DNA of 64,000 bases from Paragordius varius (GCA_964247055.1 OZ176050.1:8742001-8806000); one strand, 5' to 3'. Positions 40,001 to 55,136 are shown, counted from the stretch's first letter. The notes: a model not told the origin generated them from the letters alone. Program-made: numbers and translations.

Positions 40001-43000
40001 ACAAATACTCAATATTCTGGAGGGATATAGAATTAATTAATTTTATAATCATCAGGCTTGACTAAATACCAAAAATATAAAATTTTAATTATTTTGACTT
40101 TTCTGTCAGCCATTAATTATGTTTTAAAGTAAAAGTTTACATGTTGGGGTGAAATGGTTGAACCTATTCATAATCAAATTGAAAATATCTGGAATAATTT
40201 AATTAGATTCAATAATGGTTATTCAAATACAACAAATGGGCTTTGGGTTGCCCAATTTATAATTTTTGATCGATTTTAAATGTCTAATTTTTGGATTTGT
40301 TTTATGTATTTTATATTTGTTCGAGGTCTTAATTGCATAATATATTTAAAATTGTTAAAATATTGATCAATATATTTTTAGATATATTTAAAATATGTAT
40401 TAATTTATAGTAAAAAGCGTCCAGTTGGTGGCGATTAATCATTACACATTCGATAAATAGAAAAAATATGTAACATACGTATATCATTATTTATTTAATA
40501 ATTTTAAAAATTCTAAGTAAACCAATTAAGTACCCAGCACAATGTTGGTTTATTCCATTTTTTGTTTTCCATGTAGTGTGATTGGTGTCACAACATTCTT
40601 TGGTGACGATTTTTTATAATCAACAATTGATATTACTTTTGATATAAAATTAAATACCCTACAACTAGACTGTTTTTTCTTCAATTTTACCCACATTTAA
40701 GCCGGTTAATATTGCAGCTTTCATATAAAATTATATTATTGATATTAAAATGGAATATTAACCCAAATTTTTATTACCAATACTAAAAATGGTTTTGTCC
40801 ATTATTTAGAAAATAAATTGAAATTAGCCTTCATTATAGTTAATTTTAAATAATCAAGGTTTAAATATATTATTCTTTTAAGGTGTGACATTGTTTTGGG
40901 AGGATCATTCAGATGTGCATGATCAACTTTCATAATTTGGGGAGGGGTCAATAGCCATTTAAAAAATGGGCCTAACATCTGATTATCCATATTATTTATT
41001 CTTTTTATCTACCACATTTTTGGTTTAGCCTTTCTTAACACAAGCCGCGGTTTAACATCGTTTTTTGCCTTTTTAATAACATATTAACCAAATAATTTAG
41101 ATCGCATGAGTTTAGTTTAGACCATAAAAATGAATCAACATAATGAGCACTCGATATAAAAATTAATTTAACTTTTTTGGATTAATGCCTTCAGAACTTT
41201 GCTATTTTTCAATCTTCAAATATTTTGAAAAATTATTTGATCGTATTGAACATTTAAATTTTTATCGTCAACAAGTTTTTTTGCGTTTAGCGGCCATTTA
41301 CGAACGATGATGAAAACCGGCATCTTATTCTTATATAATTTGAAATATATTTATATTAGATGCAAATTATTTTTATCTAAACATTTACCATTTTTCAAAT
41401 ATATTTATTTAAGCCAAGCGCGAATCATTTTGATTTATAAAAGGGCATAACATTTTTGAACTTGATAACCGCTTTTAAAATAACAGCAGATGAAGCCTTA
41501 TATTCTAAAAATCTTATAACTTTTTCCCGAAACTTTTGTCTCAATATTTAACAACCTTTTACTGTGCACAGGGCCAAAGCGCCACTCGAAATAATTGTAT
41601 TTTTATGGGTGCCAACTACAAATTTACCATTTCCGGTTTATTTAAACTTAATTAATTAAAATTTTTGAATTAATTAGCAAGTAGTTATTAAATAGTATTT
41701 TTATTTATAAGGTTGTAATGAAAATTTAATTTTGAGTTCATAAAACATACATTTGTTTTGGTATGTAGAGAACTACGTCGCCAACAAATTTGGATATTTA
41801 AATTTAATAAAGTAAAGATAAATTATGTACCAGGTTTTACTCAATGATTAAATATTTTAACAAGAGTACATTTACTTTTTAGAAATATAATATTTAATTT
41901 TTTTCTAGTCCGTTAACATTATCAGATTTAAAATTATTCTCGGTTGAGATGAGATAAAAATGAAGATAGGGTAAATTTCTGCTGTTATACAATTACCACA
42001 CACAGTGTTTCAATATTAAAATATGGAATATGTAAGATAAATGCGATAAACCGCTAAAAGTTTATATTTTAATAATTTACAGGACTAGAAAAAATTGTAT
42101 GTAAGGATTATGATACCAATAGATCGACACTGTTTAATACTCATTTAAGTTTATATATCATTGGAAAAAAGTTTTGTTATGAATTTTAAACATTCAATAT
42201 TATATATATATTAATATAGTGTATTTGATCTAATCTAAAATCAATTGCAAGGGTATTACCAATACTATATATATAATTAACCATTCATTTATTAAAAGCA
42301 TACACATTTTTGGGTGGGATAATAAACTTGAACTTTTCACTGGTATTTTTGGGATGCTTCTTAAGTAAAATATACCCAAAAGTCATTTTTAGGGAAATAT
42401 TTGTTAGACTGCATACTATCTGTGGTATGTTATCTAGATATAAAATATCAATGTTATTAATGTAACATTTGCACTCAATGCTAAAATTCCTAAAACAAAA
42501 AGAGATTTGACTTGGTTAAGGGTACCCCATTTGTAGCTTAAATGAACGAAACAAACAGGAGTACATCATTAATTTTATGTACTGTTAAAATATTTATTAT
42601 AAATCTAATTTACATATGCAAATTATTTTAATGAAAATCAGGCAGGCTTTAATCTGCATCATTCCATGGTAAAAACACATACTTAGATATACAAATATTT
42701 TGTATTTTAAATAATATTTAATATGACGATACGTTGACTACTATGTATTACATTTATTTATATACTTATATACTATTATGTATTTTTTATAGCATACTTG
42801 TATGACACAAAATTGTGAAAAGTAAATTTAATTTATTTTTTTAAAAAAAAAATTATGTAAAAAACCTACTAAGCACTCAATGCCTTAAAAATATGTAAAT
42901 GAGTTAGTTAGTTTAGATACGAGAGCTTGAAAAAATAAAAGGCTTGCAAAATTTGCTTTACTAATTTAATTTATACAAAACCAATAATAATGAATGTATC

Positions 43001-43594
43001 GTATATACATGCGTATTTTATAAAAGATGTAAAACCATTTTTTACAAACAATTATTTTTTATTATTAAAATAATCTTCTTTATAAATTATGAAATATTAT
43101 GGTTTATTATAACTGTTTGATTAAAAATATATGGACGTATCTAATGAATCCAAACTAGGGACGGCTAGTTAAAACAAATAAATTCTACAAGGAATATGTA
43201 CAAAATATTCTATGATACGCAATGTCTTCTTTAAGCAGCTATCATAAACTTGAGGTAGTATTCTGATTTTACATTTTTATAAAATAGTTATTTTGGAGTT
43301 AATTTTAACATTTATTATTAACCAAAAATTTACTTAAACACCGGTATGAACAATTATTTCTTTATAGCGACAAAATTTTATATGCATTCTTATCACCTAT
43401 TTATCAGCACTTATGCCCGATGACAAACGATTATTTTACATTTTTCAGTAGTTTTTTTCATACTATCCCATGCGACATAAATTGCAAATTAAGCAAATAT
43501 CATTTTCGTTTGTAAGGCATATTCTTATTTAACCGCGGCTGACACTGGGGGAGAGTTTTTTTAATTGTAACCGCTTCATCGTTATTCTCTAAAG

Positions 43595-43862
43595 CAGGAG
43601 TGTCAAACACAAATGGCTTAGCGGGCCGCATTTCAAATATACATAGGCATTAATAAATATATTAATAGATATCAAACAAAAGATTGTAAAATGCAAACAC
43701 AGTATAACAATTTTTTCTAGTTCGTTGTCAACTGAACTGACTTATTCCAAGAATTTGTTAATAAAATATCAATTTTTTTGCTTATAAATTCTCAAATTTT
43801 TCGCGGGCCGCACATAATGCAGAAAGCCGCATTTGGCCCGCGGACCGCGTGTGACACTCCTG
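43595..43862 (+). mobile_element. hAT-type MITE (268 bp), best-preserved family member
   Basis: TIRs caggagtgtcaaacac / gtgtgacactcctg; subterminal gcgggccgc repeats; flanks ctctaaag / atctgtag fit an nTCTnnAG hAT target. Confidence 0.85.
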
Positions 43863-44806
43863 ATCTGTAGTCTGCTTATTTTTCTTCAAATGTTTTTTCG
43901 GTAGTTTATATCGTATATGCTCTTAAAAAACAGATATAATTGATAAAAGACACGGGAAAACTCTTGCTACGGACGACATAGCGTAGTGTTTTCCGAACAA
44001 TTTTTTTAAATAAGTCGATGCTCGCTACTTGCATTGTCATTATCTCAGAATATTATTTTATAATACTTAAATAATCTGAAGATTAATACAATTTCAACAT
44101 TTTATATTTAAAGTTAATTCCAGAAATTATATTACCAAATTTCATTTAAATTTAGGAATTGGTTAATAATTTTATGAATAATTTATGGTAGAATTATCTG
44201 TTAGAATAATATTGAACTGGGCGTTGGAAATTCCGTTTTTAACTCGTGAAACTATATTTTCCCATATTTCAAGACTTGTTTTTTTTTTCATCTCCCAACT
44301 TTCCTAATATTTTTTGTGATCTAAATTGATCATGTGAAATTATATAAAATAGTATTGATTGTTCACATCCGCGTGATAGATGTGCACAAAAATATTTATT
44401 GTTTATATTGGGGTACAACTTAAGAATGAGAAAATATTGCCTATTAAAAACTTTACTAATTTCAAATAGTTATCGGAAAAAATTATTAATTAGTTGATAT
44501 CACTAAATATATTTTAAGCTATTTTGGGCTGCGTGTTCATCTCTTCTATATGGGAAATATATTCAGAATGTTTTCATCAGAGATTAAAAGCAAAATTATC
44601 CGTTTTCGGATCCTATTAAATTTTCTTTTGGTAAATATTTTTTAAAAAAGGGAATAAGCAAAATCATTCTCGTTTTAATGATTGATGATTTCCATGTTTT
44701 GCGTAAATTTTGCTTTTGGTTTCAGTTTTGGTTTTGTTTTTTAATCAATTGGTCATTTTGGCTCCAATTTTTATATTACATACTTGCCAATTTTTGTAGG
44801 ATTGTA

Positions 44807-45236
44807 CAGTGGCGTATGGTAAAAAACAACAAATGGTAATCAAACAATTTTGTTCCTACATTTTAACATTACCTTGTTTATTTAATTATGGAAAAACTTG
44901 GTTTTATATCACTAGTCTCCAACGCGACATTTTTAAAATCAAAATTGTTTTATTCAAAAATATTCTATTTATAAAATCTTGAGAAAATTAAAACTAATAT
45001 CATTTTTGCAATTTGTTCATGTTGGATTGTCTTAGAAATATTATATCTATTGCTTCCAACACCATTTATTTTTCGGTTAAGGGTTAAATTGTTTTAAGCC
45101 ATAAAAATATTGATAAAATACTATGGGTTCTTTATGCTGATATTATTTTAAATGCAGCCCAATGTTTTTTTGAGTCGAAAATGCGAATCACAAAGCTAAT
45201 TGTGTCTACATACCTGTTTTACACCATACGCTACTG
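44807..45236. mobile_element. Tc1/mariner-type MITE carrying a nested hAT MITE
   Basis: TA|cagtggcgtatggt ... accatacgctactg|TA. Inside, 45216 back to ~44910 reads (- strand) caggtatgtagacac...gcattttcgactcaaaaaacattgggctgcatt, homologous to the 28319 element. Confidence 0.7.
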
Positions 45237-47640
45237 TAAATGGCCGCAAAGACATAATATAAGCCAAAATACATTGCAGGCTAATTAAAATCGAAAAATT
45301 GCAATTTATCATTCAAATTAAATAGAAAGAAATAATAAATAAGTTAACATTAGTGTATTAAATAAAATAATAATTTTTCAACCATTTGAAACCACTCTAA
45401 ATGCTAACTAACTTATAGGCCCAAACATAAACAAGCCAAAGGGTGATTTTTAAATATCAGTTTAAAATCGCAATCTATGAAAAAGTTTTATTTTCAATAT
45501 TGCAAAAAGTCTACCTCGACTGTAGCAATACATATATTCATTCATTACTCTTGAACTTTTTATTCGTGAGCCGCTTATTTTCTTTGATTGTGCTTTTGTT
45601 TATTATTTTAATATTTTTTAAACCCATTTTTGTATCAATAAAGTCCTTTTTTGTAAACATTTTAATAGAAACATTTTTAAACTGTAATTTCTTAAAGTCT
45701 AAAAATATGTACGTAAATGATGACCTTAAAAGGGATTGGCCTTAAATCTTATTTATGACACCGGAACTATTGACTTTATCGGACTGTTTTGGAATCAAAA
45801 TTGCTTTTTGGTTCTAAACTTATTTTTTATCTTTATTCAATATATTAATATTTATTTAATAATTAAAAAAAATATTTTTTAAACCAACGTTCAACGTATA
45901 ATTTTAGTTGATTTGGTTAGTTTCTGTGGGTCATTTATACTATTAATAAAAAACGGAAATTAAAATTATTTGAAAGTATAGAGCAGACCATTTTGTTTTT
46001 TACCATTTTTTCCTTTATGCTTAAAATGAATTGATTTCATGAACAATATTTTATCTGACATTTAAATTTTTTCTTTACCTTTTTAGCATGAAATGTTTTA
46101 TTTAAACTAAATTTTAAATATCATTGGCATACCATACATAGTAATAGGCTAAATATGTGAATTAAGATTAATTTTGATTTCTGAAAGAAATATTTTATTT
46201 ATAAACATATTACAATTTTGAATTAAATTTGAGGAATTTGGGAATACTTAAATTTTTAAAGCTCTACTTGGCCAAAATATCTTAATATATATAAATAATA
46301 CCTCCTGTTTAAATCAATAAATGAAACATGACAGAAAATAAATCTATACCACCGAGACAGTTACTTTTTGTTTAATTAAAAAGTTAAATTAATCATTAGG
46401 ACAAAATTAATATTTTAGTAAAGGCAGTATTATGCATATTCAAAAGTATTTCGTAATATTATTGTATAAAGGGATTATATTATGGAAACAATATTGGATT
46501 AAAGAGTTTGTAAATTGACTCATAGGAAAAACTTTAAAATTGATTATATTTGAAGAAAGAATGAAAAAAATCGTTATCTATAATATCAAATTTTCTTTAT
46601 GGGCTAAATGTAAATCAATAATATAAACATTTTTTTAAATTTTATTTTGCCATAGGGTGAAAAAATATTTTAGAATATCTCATTTAGTATTCAAAATGTC
46701 CTTTCTTTAACATTTTATAAAAATATTTGAATACTAGGTCACACAGTAACTGAATATAATACATCCACTTTTTATGTCATTTATTAGATATGCGCAATTA
46801 AAATGCTATTTCAAGATATACCTTTTTTATGTATACGCCCAAAATGCCGACACACTACTTATTTATTCATCTTTCCTTGTGTCTTTTTCAATGTCGTTAA
46901 TAAAGTTAAGTGAATGCGTTTTATTGCGACGGTTGTTTTTTGATACAATGATTACACGTGAGGGAATATTAAAAAAAATATTTGTACACCTTGATATTTT
47001 TACAAATATTTTGGTGTTACATGAAATATAAATTTTGTTTGGAGAAAAATTTAGGCCAAACTTGTAGAAAACGTTATGTGTGACTTTCAGAAAGTTAGTT
47101 AATTTGCAACAATGTAATTAAATTTATTTGAAATAAATTAAATAAAATTATAGGGTTGGTTTAAGAAAAAAAGGGTAATAAAACCCTAACCAGAAAATAT
47201 TTTTCTCAATATCTTGCTAAAACAATAAAATAAAACTAAAATATTTTAATCCTTTGATATATTTTTTGGACAAATATGCCGCTTTTTGACAACAACGTAA
47301 AAAAGGTAGTCAAGAATCATAAAATCCTATTTTATGACACTGTTAAAGGTAGACCTGTCTTATAAATGTATATGACAAACGAATTCCTTAACATTTTTGA
47401 ACATAGATAGGATACACCATACTTACCGAAAAGAATTTTATGTATAAACAAATTTATTTTTATTAAATTTAAATGGCTTTTAACTAACTTTTATATACAT
47501 ATAAAGTTTTTTTGACTTAACTAGATTTTACCAAATTTAACTTATTCTTCTATCCCTCCCGGTGCTAAAGGCTTATATCTGCTACACAATTCCAATAATT
47601 TTATTTGAAAAAATCCCAAATTCCAAATCAGTCCTATTCA

Positions 47641-47753
47641 ATGATTTACACAACGACTTTCTGTCACAAATTGCATTTTATTCTTTTGCTGGAAGTGGTA
47701 TCGGGATTGGCCAAATTTTTAACTCCTATCAAATGGTACCAGGCTAACCCTAT
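47641..47753 (+). CDS. Putative alternative first coding exon (1a) of the ephrin gene
   Basis: ATG...MIYTTTFCHKLHFILLLEVVSGLAKFLTPIKWYQANP + at|GTAAGT. Signal-peptide-like, W-x3-NP motif, phase-2 consensus donor; joins in frame to exon 56331 (I-FRIDNT), giving 522 aa. Confidence 0.65.
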
Positions 47754-48957
47754 GTAAGTATTTTTATTATTTTTATAAATCAAAATGGTTGAGACAGTTT
47801 GAAAACAAAAGGTTTAACTCTTTTTTTTCATACTTAACCTATTAAATTTTTGTCTTCACCCAAATCAAGAAATTGGATTTTTACAATTGAAATTTTAAGT
47901 TTAAAAAAATTCTTTTTAACAATTTCCTTTGGATATTTCAAAAAAATTGTTGTATAACAAAAAATTAAATCATTTTTACTTAAACGCTGCTTTCAAAATT
48001 TAAAAGTTTATTTTATTATTTAATTTTGCGAAAAAATTTATTAAAATTATTTTTAAGTCAAAATATCATTAAATTTGTAGTAAATTTTGGAAAATAGAGA
48101 AGTATATGATATAGCCCCCCTACAAAAACATAATTTTTAATTTTTTTGTCTATAAGAAAATATTTTGATTAAAACATTCAAAAATACCTACAAATAGCGG
48201 CAGATTTTTAGGTCCATTTTCTTTACCGCATTAAAATATTTCTCAATTCCTTTTTACTAGCCATCTTTTTTAAATAAAATTAAATTCTTATTTGTAAACG
48301 TACTCATAGCAGCAATCCATGCAAAAATTGAAAAGATTAAAAGATTTGTCTTCCAAAAAAAGAATGAAAAACATTTTTTCTGGGATTTATTGAATTAAAT
48401 TTGAATGATCAGTCACGCGATTAAGAAAAATCAATTTAAAAAACGGAACTGACCATGCTATCTATCTCAAAACAAACTCTAAATTATTAAAAAATTTGAA
48501 GATTAATTTTAAAATTTAATTTTTTAAGTGGATAAAAATGTTTTAAATGATTTTCTAATTACATTTTTTATAAAATTAACTATAATAAGAAATGTTGTTT
48601 AATTTCAAAATTTTAGATCCTTTTATTCTTCTTGATCAATCATTTCATTTTGCTTAACTTTACTAATGAATTGGCATTTGACCTTGTAAAAATAGAATAA
48701 AAAATTAATTAATACGGTTTCTTTAGCATTTTCAAATTGTAAATTAATCAATCACTCTAATAATCTATACTAGAAGTATAAGTAGCCTACTTACTTTTTA
48801 GTGTTTTATGATCTTAATTGATGCAGCAGCTTATATATATATTACATAGAAGGTAGAGATTAAAAATAAATTTGAATCTTTAGAAACCGGATAAAACATT
48901 CTGTTGTAATAGTAATAGTATGTATATCATAATTAAACCATATTTACTCATTTAAAG

Positions 48958-49452
48958 CAGGGATGTCTAACACGCGAGCCCTCCATGTTTTTTTGTGCGA
49001 ACTGCGAATTTGAAAAAAAATGCTAAATAAAAGTACAATCTATCATTGCATAAACATTGTCAAAATTTTAATATCCATCTCAATTTAGGGGGTTCTTCAG
49101 ATATTTTTAATACAAAAGGTTAAGTAAAAAGTTTTAAGATAAAAATGAAATAAGTCTTTCACATTTTAAAGAGCCTTTGTGTACTAACGCGAAATAATAC
49201 TTTTGATTATATTTTAAAAACTGATATTTGCATTTTAAACGCTTTACTTTAATCAACCTAAGCAATGTTTATATATTTCCTATTATTTATTAATTTACAA
49301 AGTTTTACCAATTGGTTCATGATTTTTTTTAGAAAGAATATTCTTTAAAAACACTTGACTGCTTGACTTCAATTTTTTGAGTGAATTTCCCTTAAATGCA
49401 ACGCAGCCCCAAATTTTTTCGGATTCTGGAAGCTGATAAGTTGCAATATCCA
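48958..49452 (+). mobile_element. Degenerate hAT-type element
   Basis: 5' end cagggatgtctaacacgcgagccc; decayed 3' end near gcaacgcagcccc...aagttgcaatatcc. Right boundary uncertain. Confidence 0.4.
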
Positions 49453-52400
49453 ATATTACAAAAATTTTCTACGAGCTAAATTGATCATAAAGTTGTCACA
49501 CTATGTAAAATTAACATACACGGCTTTCTAAAACTCTTAAAAAATATTAAACACCGAAATCGAATATATGATGGAAGCATAATCTATACCCGGTAGAAAT
49601 GAGCAAATACATTATGGCCATTTATGTTGGCCAGTTAACATTATTTTCCGCCAATCGGCAAAACGATAGCATATGGATAAAAAACAACAAATAATTGTAG
49701 TTGAAGTTAAACAATTTTTACACCTTCCAACATCAAATTTGTTTATTTGATTGTGGACAAAATTTATTATATAACATACTCTACTGTTTTACCAATTGGC
49801 CCACATAAACGGGCCTACTTCGTTCGCCGTATCTTGGTTAGAAAACGACTAGCTTTCCCCTTCAAACGACACCCTAACAGTATACCATTCATACCTTAAA
49901 TTTACCCTAAAAATATTTTTTTTAAATAATAAAAATTACCTTTTTTTTATTTTAAATATAATTTGGTTTAAAATTAAGATAACACAGAATAATAATATAT
50001 GCCGCAAATATTCATATTAATAATGAGTTTATATTATCATAACACATATTCTATGTTTATGGTGAATTTGAATTGTTCAGGGTATATTTAAGTTCCAAGG
50101 GTGAATTTGAAGTGTAAGTGGAATACAATTTTTATAATTTGAATGCTATTAAATACACTAGTCGACAAATTTGGACATTTCTGAGCACCACCACTCAAAC
50201 TTTTAAATTATGACTAATTTCAGTGATCCCGCCAATCAGAATTTTGAAATATTATAGGTTTTTCAATTTTTCAAAAACAAGAGAAAATCGAGAGAAAATT
50301 AAATATAACTTTATAATAAAATGTTATTATATTATAAACTTAATATCATTTAATAAAGCGTTTTAAACTCTATCTTTTGAATATAAATATGTCATTTAAA
50401 TATCAGAGAGAAAAAAATAGTACGAACTTAAACGTCAAAATTTAGTATTTTTCTTTCAAGTGAATTTTTAATACGTATAAAAAAATTTTAAAAAATTATA
50501 AAAAAGGCATTCGATGGGTTAAACCTTTGGCTTTTAGATAGGCTATATTTTTTTTGTTAGTTTTCGTTTTTACCAGTACTTATTAGGCTTTTTTTCTTGA
50601 GTTGGTTCTTACAAAAAATCCTTTATTTATAACTAGTGGATATACTTTATTTTTTAAAATTATTGGTTGTTTTGTATTTATAATTTCAGATGGATTTTGT
50701 ACAGCCACTTTTAGTAGAATTTACTATTATGGGATTGGACCATTTGTATTTACCTAATTTTTTTATTCAATTTAATTGTAGAATTTATCTAACTTTATTC
50801 TGTGAATTGGTTAATTTGACATGTCAATTTGCCTGGATTTTGCTTGCAAGTCTCTCTTATCGGGCTTTACGATTACTTATTGTTATCTTTGCCATATCTT
50901 GCATAATTGGATCGCTTGGGGGATATGCAGAGCTTGTGCAGCCGCCCGGATCTATCACACTATACATAAGCCCCTTTTAGATTTATACTTTGGCTCTTAG
51001 CTGGTTTTGTATCTTATTTAATGCCTAGAATTTTGTTATTCATGCATGGAATATTACTTGTTTCGACTTGTTCGTTTGAATATTTAAACATATATTCACG
51101 AGGAATGATTGTTATTTTTAAATTAAATACAAATTTAAAAATAAAATTCGGAAAAATTCTATTGGTGGCCTCAATTTTCTTTTTTGTTTTGGCCTTTCCA
51201 TGCCATTAGGTATCAGAAAATGCAAAAATAATGGGGTGGTGCAAAACCTTGTTGAGCAGTGATATTTACGAATTTAACTTTAAATGCCTATGAAATAAAT
51301 AAATTTATAATCGTCAGTTATTTATATTTTTACATATTTAAAGAGTATTCGGATCTCCTTTTTAAACTAACATTTTGGAATAAATTGCATTTTTCGGCTA
51401 AATATGGAAATTTATGCTGACTTATAACATTATGTATTGATATTTTTATTCTATTGATAGGCCTTTAGTTCAAATTATACTCTTTATTTTCATACATTTT
51501 TGGTTGTTTAATATTATAAATTTAAAATTAACATATAAAAAATATTTTATTGAATTTCCAAATCGGTATTGACCCACAGGATAAAATATGTAATCCAATC
51601 TAAAGATATAAATGGTTTTCGCACATAAATTCCTACATCTTTAATAGTTCTATCATAATATATCACAAACAGAGACTTGACCGGCTTCCATAACTTAAGA
51701 ATAATAAAAAGAAGCTTGTTCCGTTCCAATGATTGAGAGCGACATATTAGGAATGCATAATTTCCTGAATTAAATTTATGCACATTTTTATGTAACTTTT
51801 ATAGCCACTATACTGGATTATGTTAATTTTCAAGGTAATAATTATATAAATTAATGATTAGGCAAGCATCCTTATTGATAGTTTTGGTTTTTAAGTATTT
51901 GATTAGATTTTCTCATGGTGTAATTGAAAAATATTACCTAATAAACAATACTTCATAATATAATTATCAACATGTTTTTACATACATGCGTATGCGTACT
52001 TTTATGTCAAGTTAACAGTTCATCCGCAATTCTTTTCTTTTTTTATGTTGAATAAACATTCTTTAGAAGCGTCATATTGTCGCAAAAACCAGTTTTGAAT
52101 CAGCATTAATTACGTATGTCGCCTATTTTTATTGTTAAAACGCTATTTTATGTAGAATTTAACCACCTATATATAACTGTTAAATCCCCACAGCTAAAAT
52201 ATAATAATTATTTCCAATATTTTTATAACAAGTGTCGTAATACGGGAATTTCTAATTAGTATTTATAAAAAATATGTAGATTATACAATAAGACCACAAG
52301 CAAAATCATCATACATAAACACCTAATAAATAATTATTGTATTGTAATCTTATTTATTATAAATATAAAAATTTGTTTTAGTTAGTACATTAAAAATGTT

Positions 52401-53142
52401 AAAAAATTTCTTGTTTTTTTATAACACCACCAATTAATGAATACACACATTATGCAGAGAAACCACACATGCATGTAAAATATCCAAGCAAAAAACCATA
52501 ATTATTTTCATTTTTACAGTACAAATATTTACTATTCAATAATTCTTACCCCCCATAATTTTTTAATTTTTTTAAACGCTTAAAAGGAGATTGATTTTAC
52601 ACTTCATAAAAATTTTAGTAAATTTAGCATTTTGTCATATCGGTATAATCGATTTTCAAACGCATATATAATTATCTACATTTTTTGTCAATTCTCCGAT
52701 TTAATCCTATAATTATATATTATAAGAGTAAAATTTATATTCTGTTACCTTTAATATGTATGCTACATCATACAGCTATTTTTGTCACTAATTGATTTTA
52801 ATTCATACATACAACAACTATTTCAAATGCATGCACGAGCTTTTTTTAAATAAATATAAATTTTTTCGCGAATAAATATTACAAATAATATTCATCTTGA
52901 ACCTATTTTCTACAATTTCATGTGTCAAAAATTATGGCATGTAAATTAACACTTATTATACAAGAACAACCATGTGTATATATAACGTAAAAATACCTAA
53001 TTTACCTGTTATTTTGCATCATTTTCTTTTGTTCCTTTTTGCTAACTAAAAAATGCAAAAAAATTTTTATTTTATACATTAAATTTTTAATACATATAAA
53101 CCGACAATCTTGGTGCGCAAATATTAATTCCTAAAATTTTCG

Positions 53143-55105
53143 ATGACTTCAAATATGTTTATTCATATTTCATTCTTCGGAATTTTCATTATTCTCTGGC
53201 CAAATTATGAATTCGCTTTGACTTATCCTTATTATAGGGTACCTCGCGTAAATTTTGTTTTACCCTTAATCAACTGGGAAAAATATAATCCAATGTAAGT
53301 ATCTTTTTATAAGAAAGTTATCATTTCGTTTTTTTAATTAATTATTATCAATGGAAAACTTTGTTTTTATATAAAATTAATTATTTTTGATCATTCAATG
53401 ATCCAATATGATGTTTAAGCATTCTTTTATGGAATACATACTAACAGACTTTGAGTCTTGCGCAATTAATTCTTACCATGTTTGTGAGATCAATTACATT
53501 TTTTTGTTTTCTCTATAAAAGATTGATTGCATATTAACTTAGAATATAATATTACTATATAGTTAGTTATATATTTGATTTGTTAAATATTTTTTCCCTG
53601 TTAAATATTGATTTATGAAAATCAATCCATTTTACGCATGTAAGAACCACACCATTTCAAAGTGTTGTTAAATTGAAATCTGATATTTTCTGTTTTATCG
53701 TTCGTTCCCTATATGTAAAATTTATAAGTTATATTAACAAAATTAATTTGGTCAACTATATCTGATATCCTTTCTTTTATATTTTTTTAAATTTTAATAT
53801 ACAGAACAACCTGTAAGCACCATTTGTTTTCACTTATACAATATCGAATTTCAATCAAAAAGCTGTGTTTTTTATATTTTAAATATAATAATCAAAGCGT
53901 TTATAAATTATTTTTAGATGTTTCATATTATAAATTTAAAAACAACATTTTAGCTTAGCTTGTATTATCTGTGGTTGACCTAAATATTTGATATAGAAAA
54001 CAAATATTTTGGAGAATAAAACGAATGTTGTGACAATTAGATTTTGTCAAATGTAATTTTTTTTATCTTTTCCTTAGCTCTAGCTATATTTCAAATTTCG
54101 TATTTTAATTAAATCAATTTCATTTTGTCGCGAGAAAATATATGGGGGTATTTATACGCTAAAAAAATTTAATCTATCAAATCCTAGGGTTTTTATCAAA
54201 TGAACCTTAATTAACTCTACATTTTCTTTATTATTAAACCCATTCAAAAAAGTTAAAAGTGTGTCCACACGAGATATTATATTGCTTGATTTAGCAATTT
54301 TTAACATATACACTGCTCTCTTTTTTGTTGAATTTTAATGGATGTATATACATACCCAGTAGAGTATAGTATAAAAGGTTTGTCAACAATTAAATAAGCA
54401 AACCAATTATTCTTGAAAAATAGGCAAAAATTTGTTTAATTTTAGCCATTTGTGGCTTTTTCACCATACTCTACTGTAATAATTTTATGTGTATAGCAAG
54501 TTGAAGAGAGGAAGTGTTTGACATTGTGTTATTACAAAATTTATTATACAATATATGTAAGTATTCTCATGTAATTTTATTTTGTGGAAGTGGATTTTAC
54601 TAATGGGTTTTAATTACTTTATAATTGTCACTTGTTTTATTTGAGGTGACATAAGAACTCTTGGATTTAAGTTCTGTATACAATTGTTTAAGGGTTTGTT
54701 TTCTAAATATGTTCCAAAAACATTAATGCTAAATGCTTCCTCAAAATCTGAGCAAACAAATTGATAATACAACTTTAACAAGAGAGGGCAAACAATTTAT
54801 ACATGATAAATTAAATAGTGTTAAAAGAGATGATATCTTCAGATTATTTTACTTAACTCTTCGGAACTATGAAAAAAAACGGAATCAATTTGTTAAATAA
54901 CTAATCATTTTTAAAATCGATTAGATCTTTTTGTATTAAAATTACTGTTAATCCTATGGGTCTATTACTATATATACACACACACAGCAGGTAAAAATGA
55001 TATTTTATCTTTCTTTTTTGATTTGATTGAAGAATGAAATCAGATATGTTGGCTTTACAAAAAAAATTATCGTGTAATTACACACCTCTTTGACTACCTA
55101 GTAGA

Positions 55106-55136
<31 letters not shown>

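Noticed and set aside
51148-51209. FWPFHAIR|gtatc as a third ephrin first exon (same W spacing and phase)
   Set aside because: No ATG or acceptor in that frame before an upstream stop, and it lacks the NP motif.
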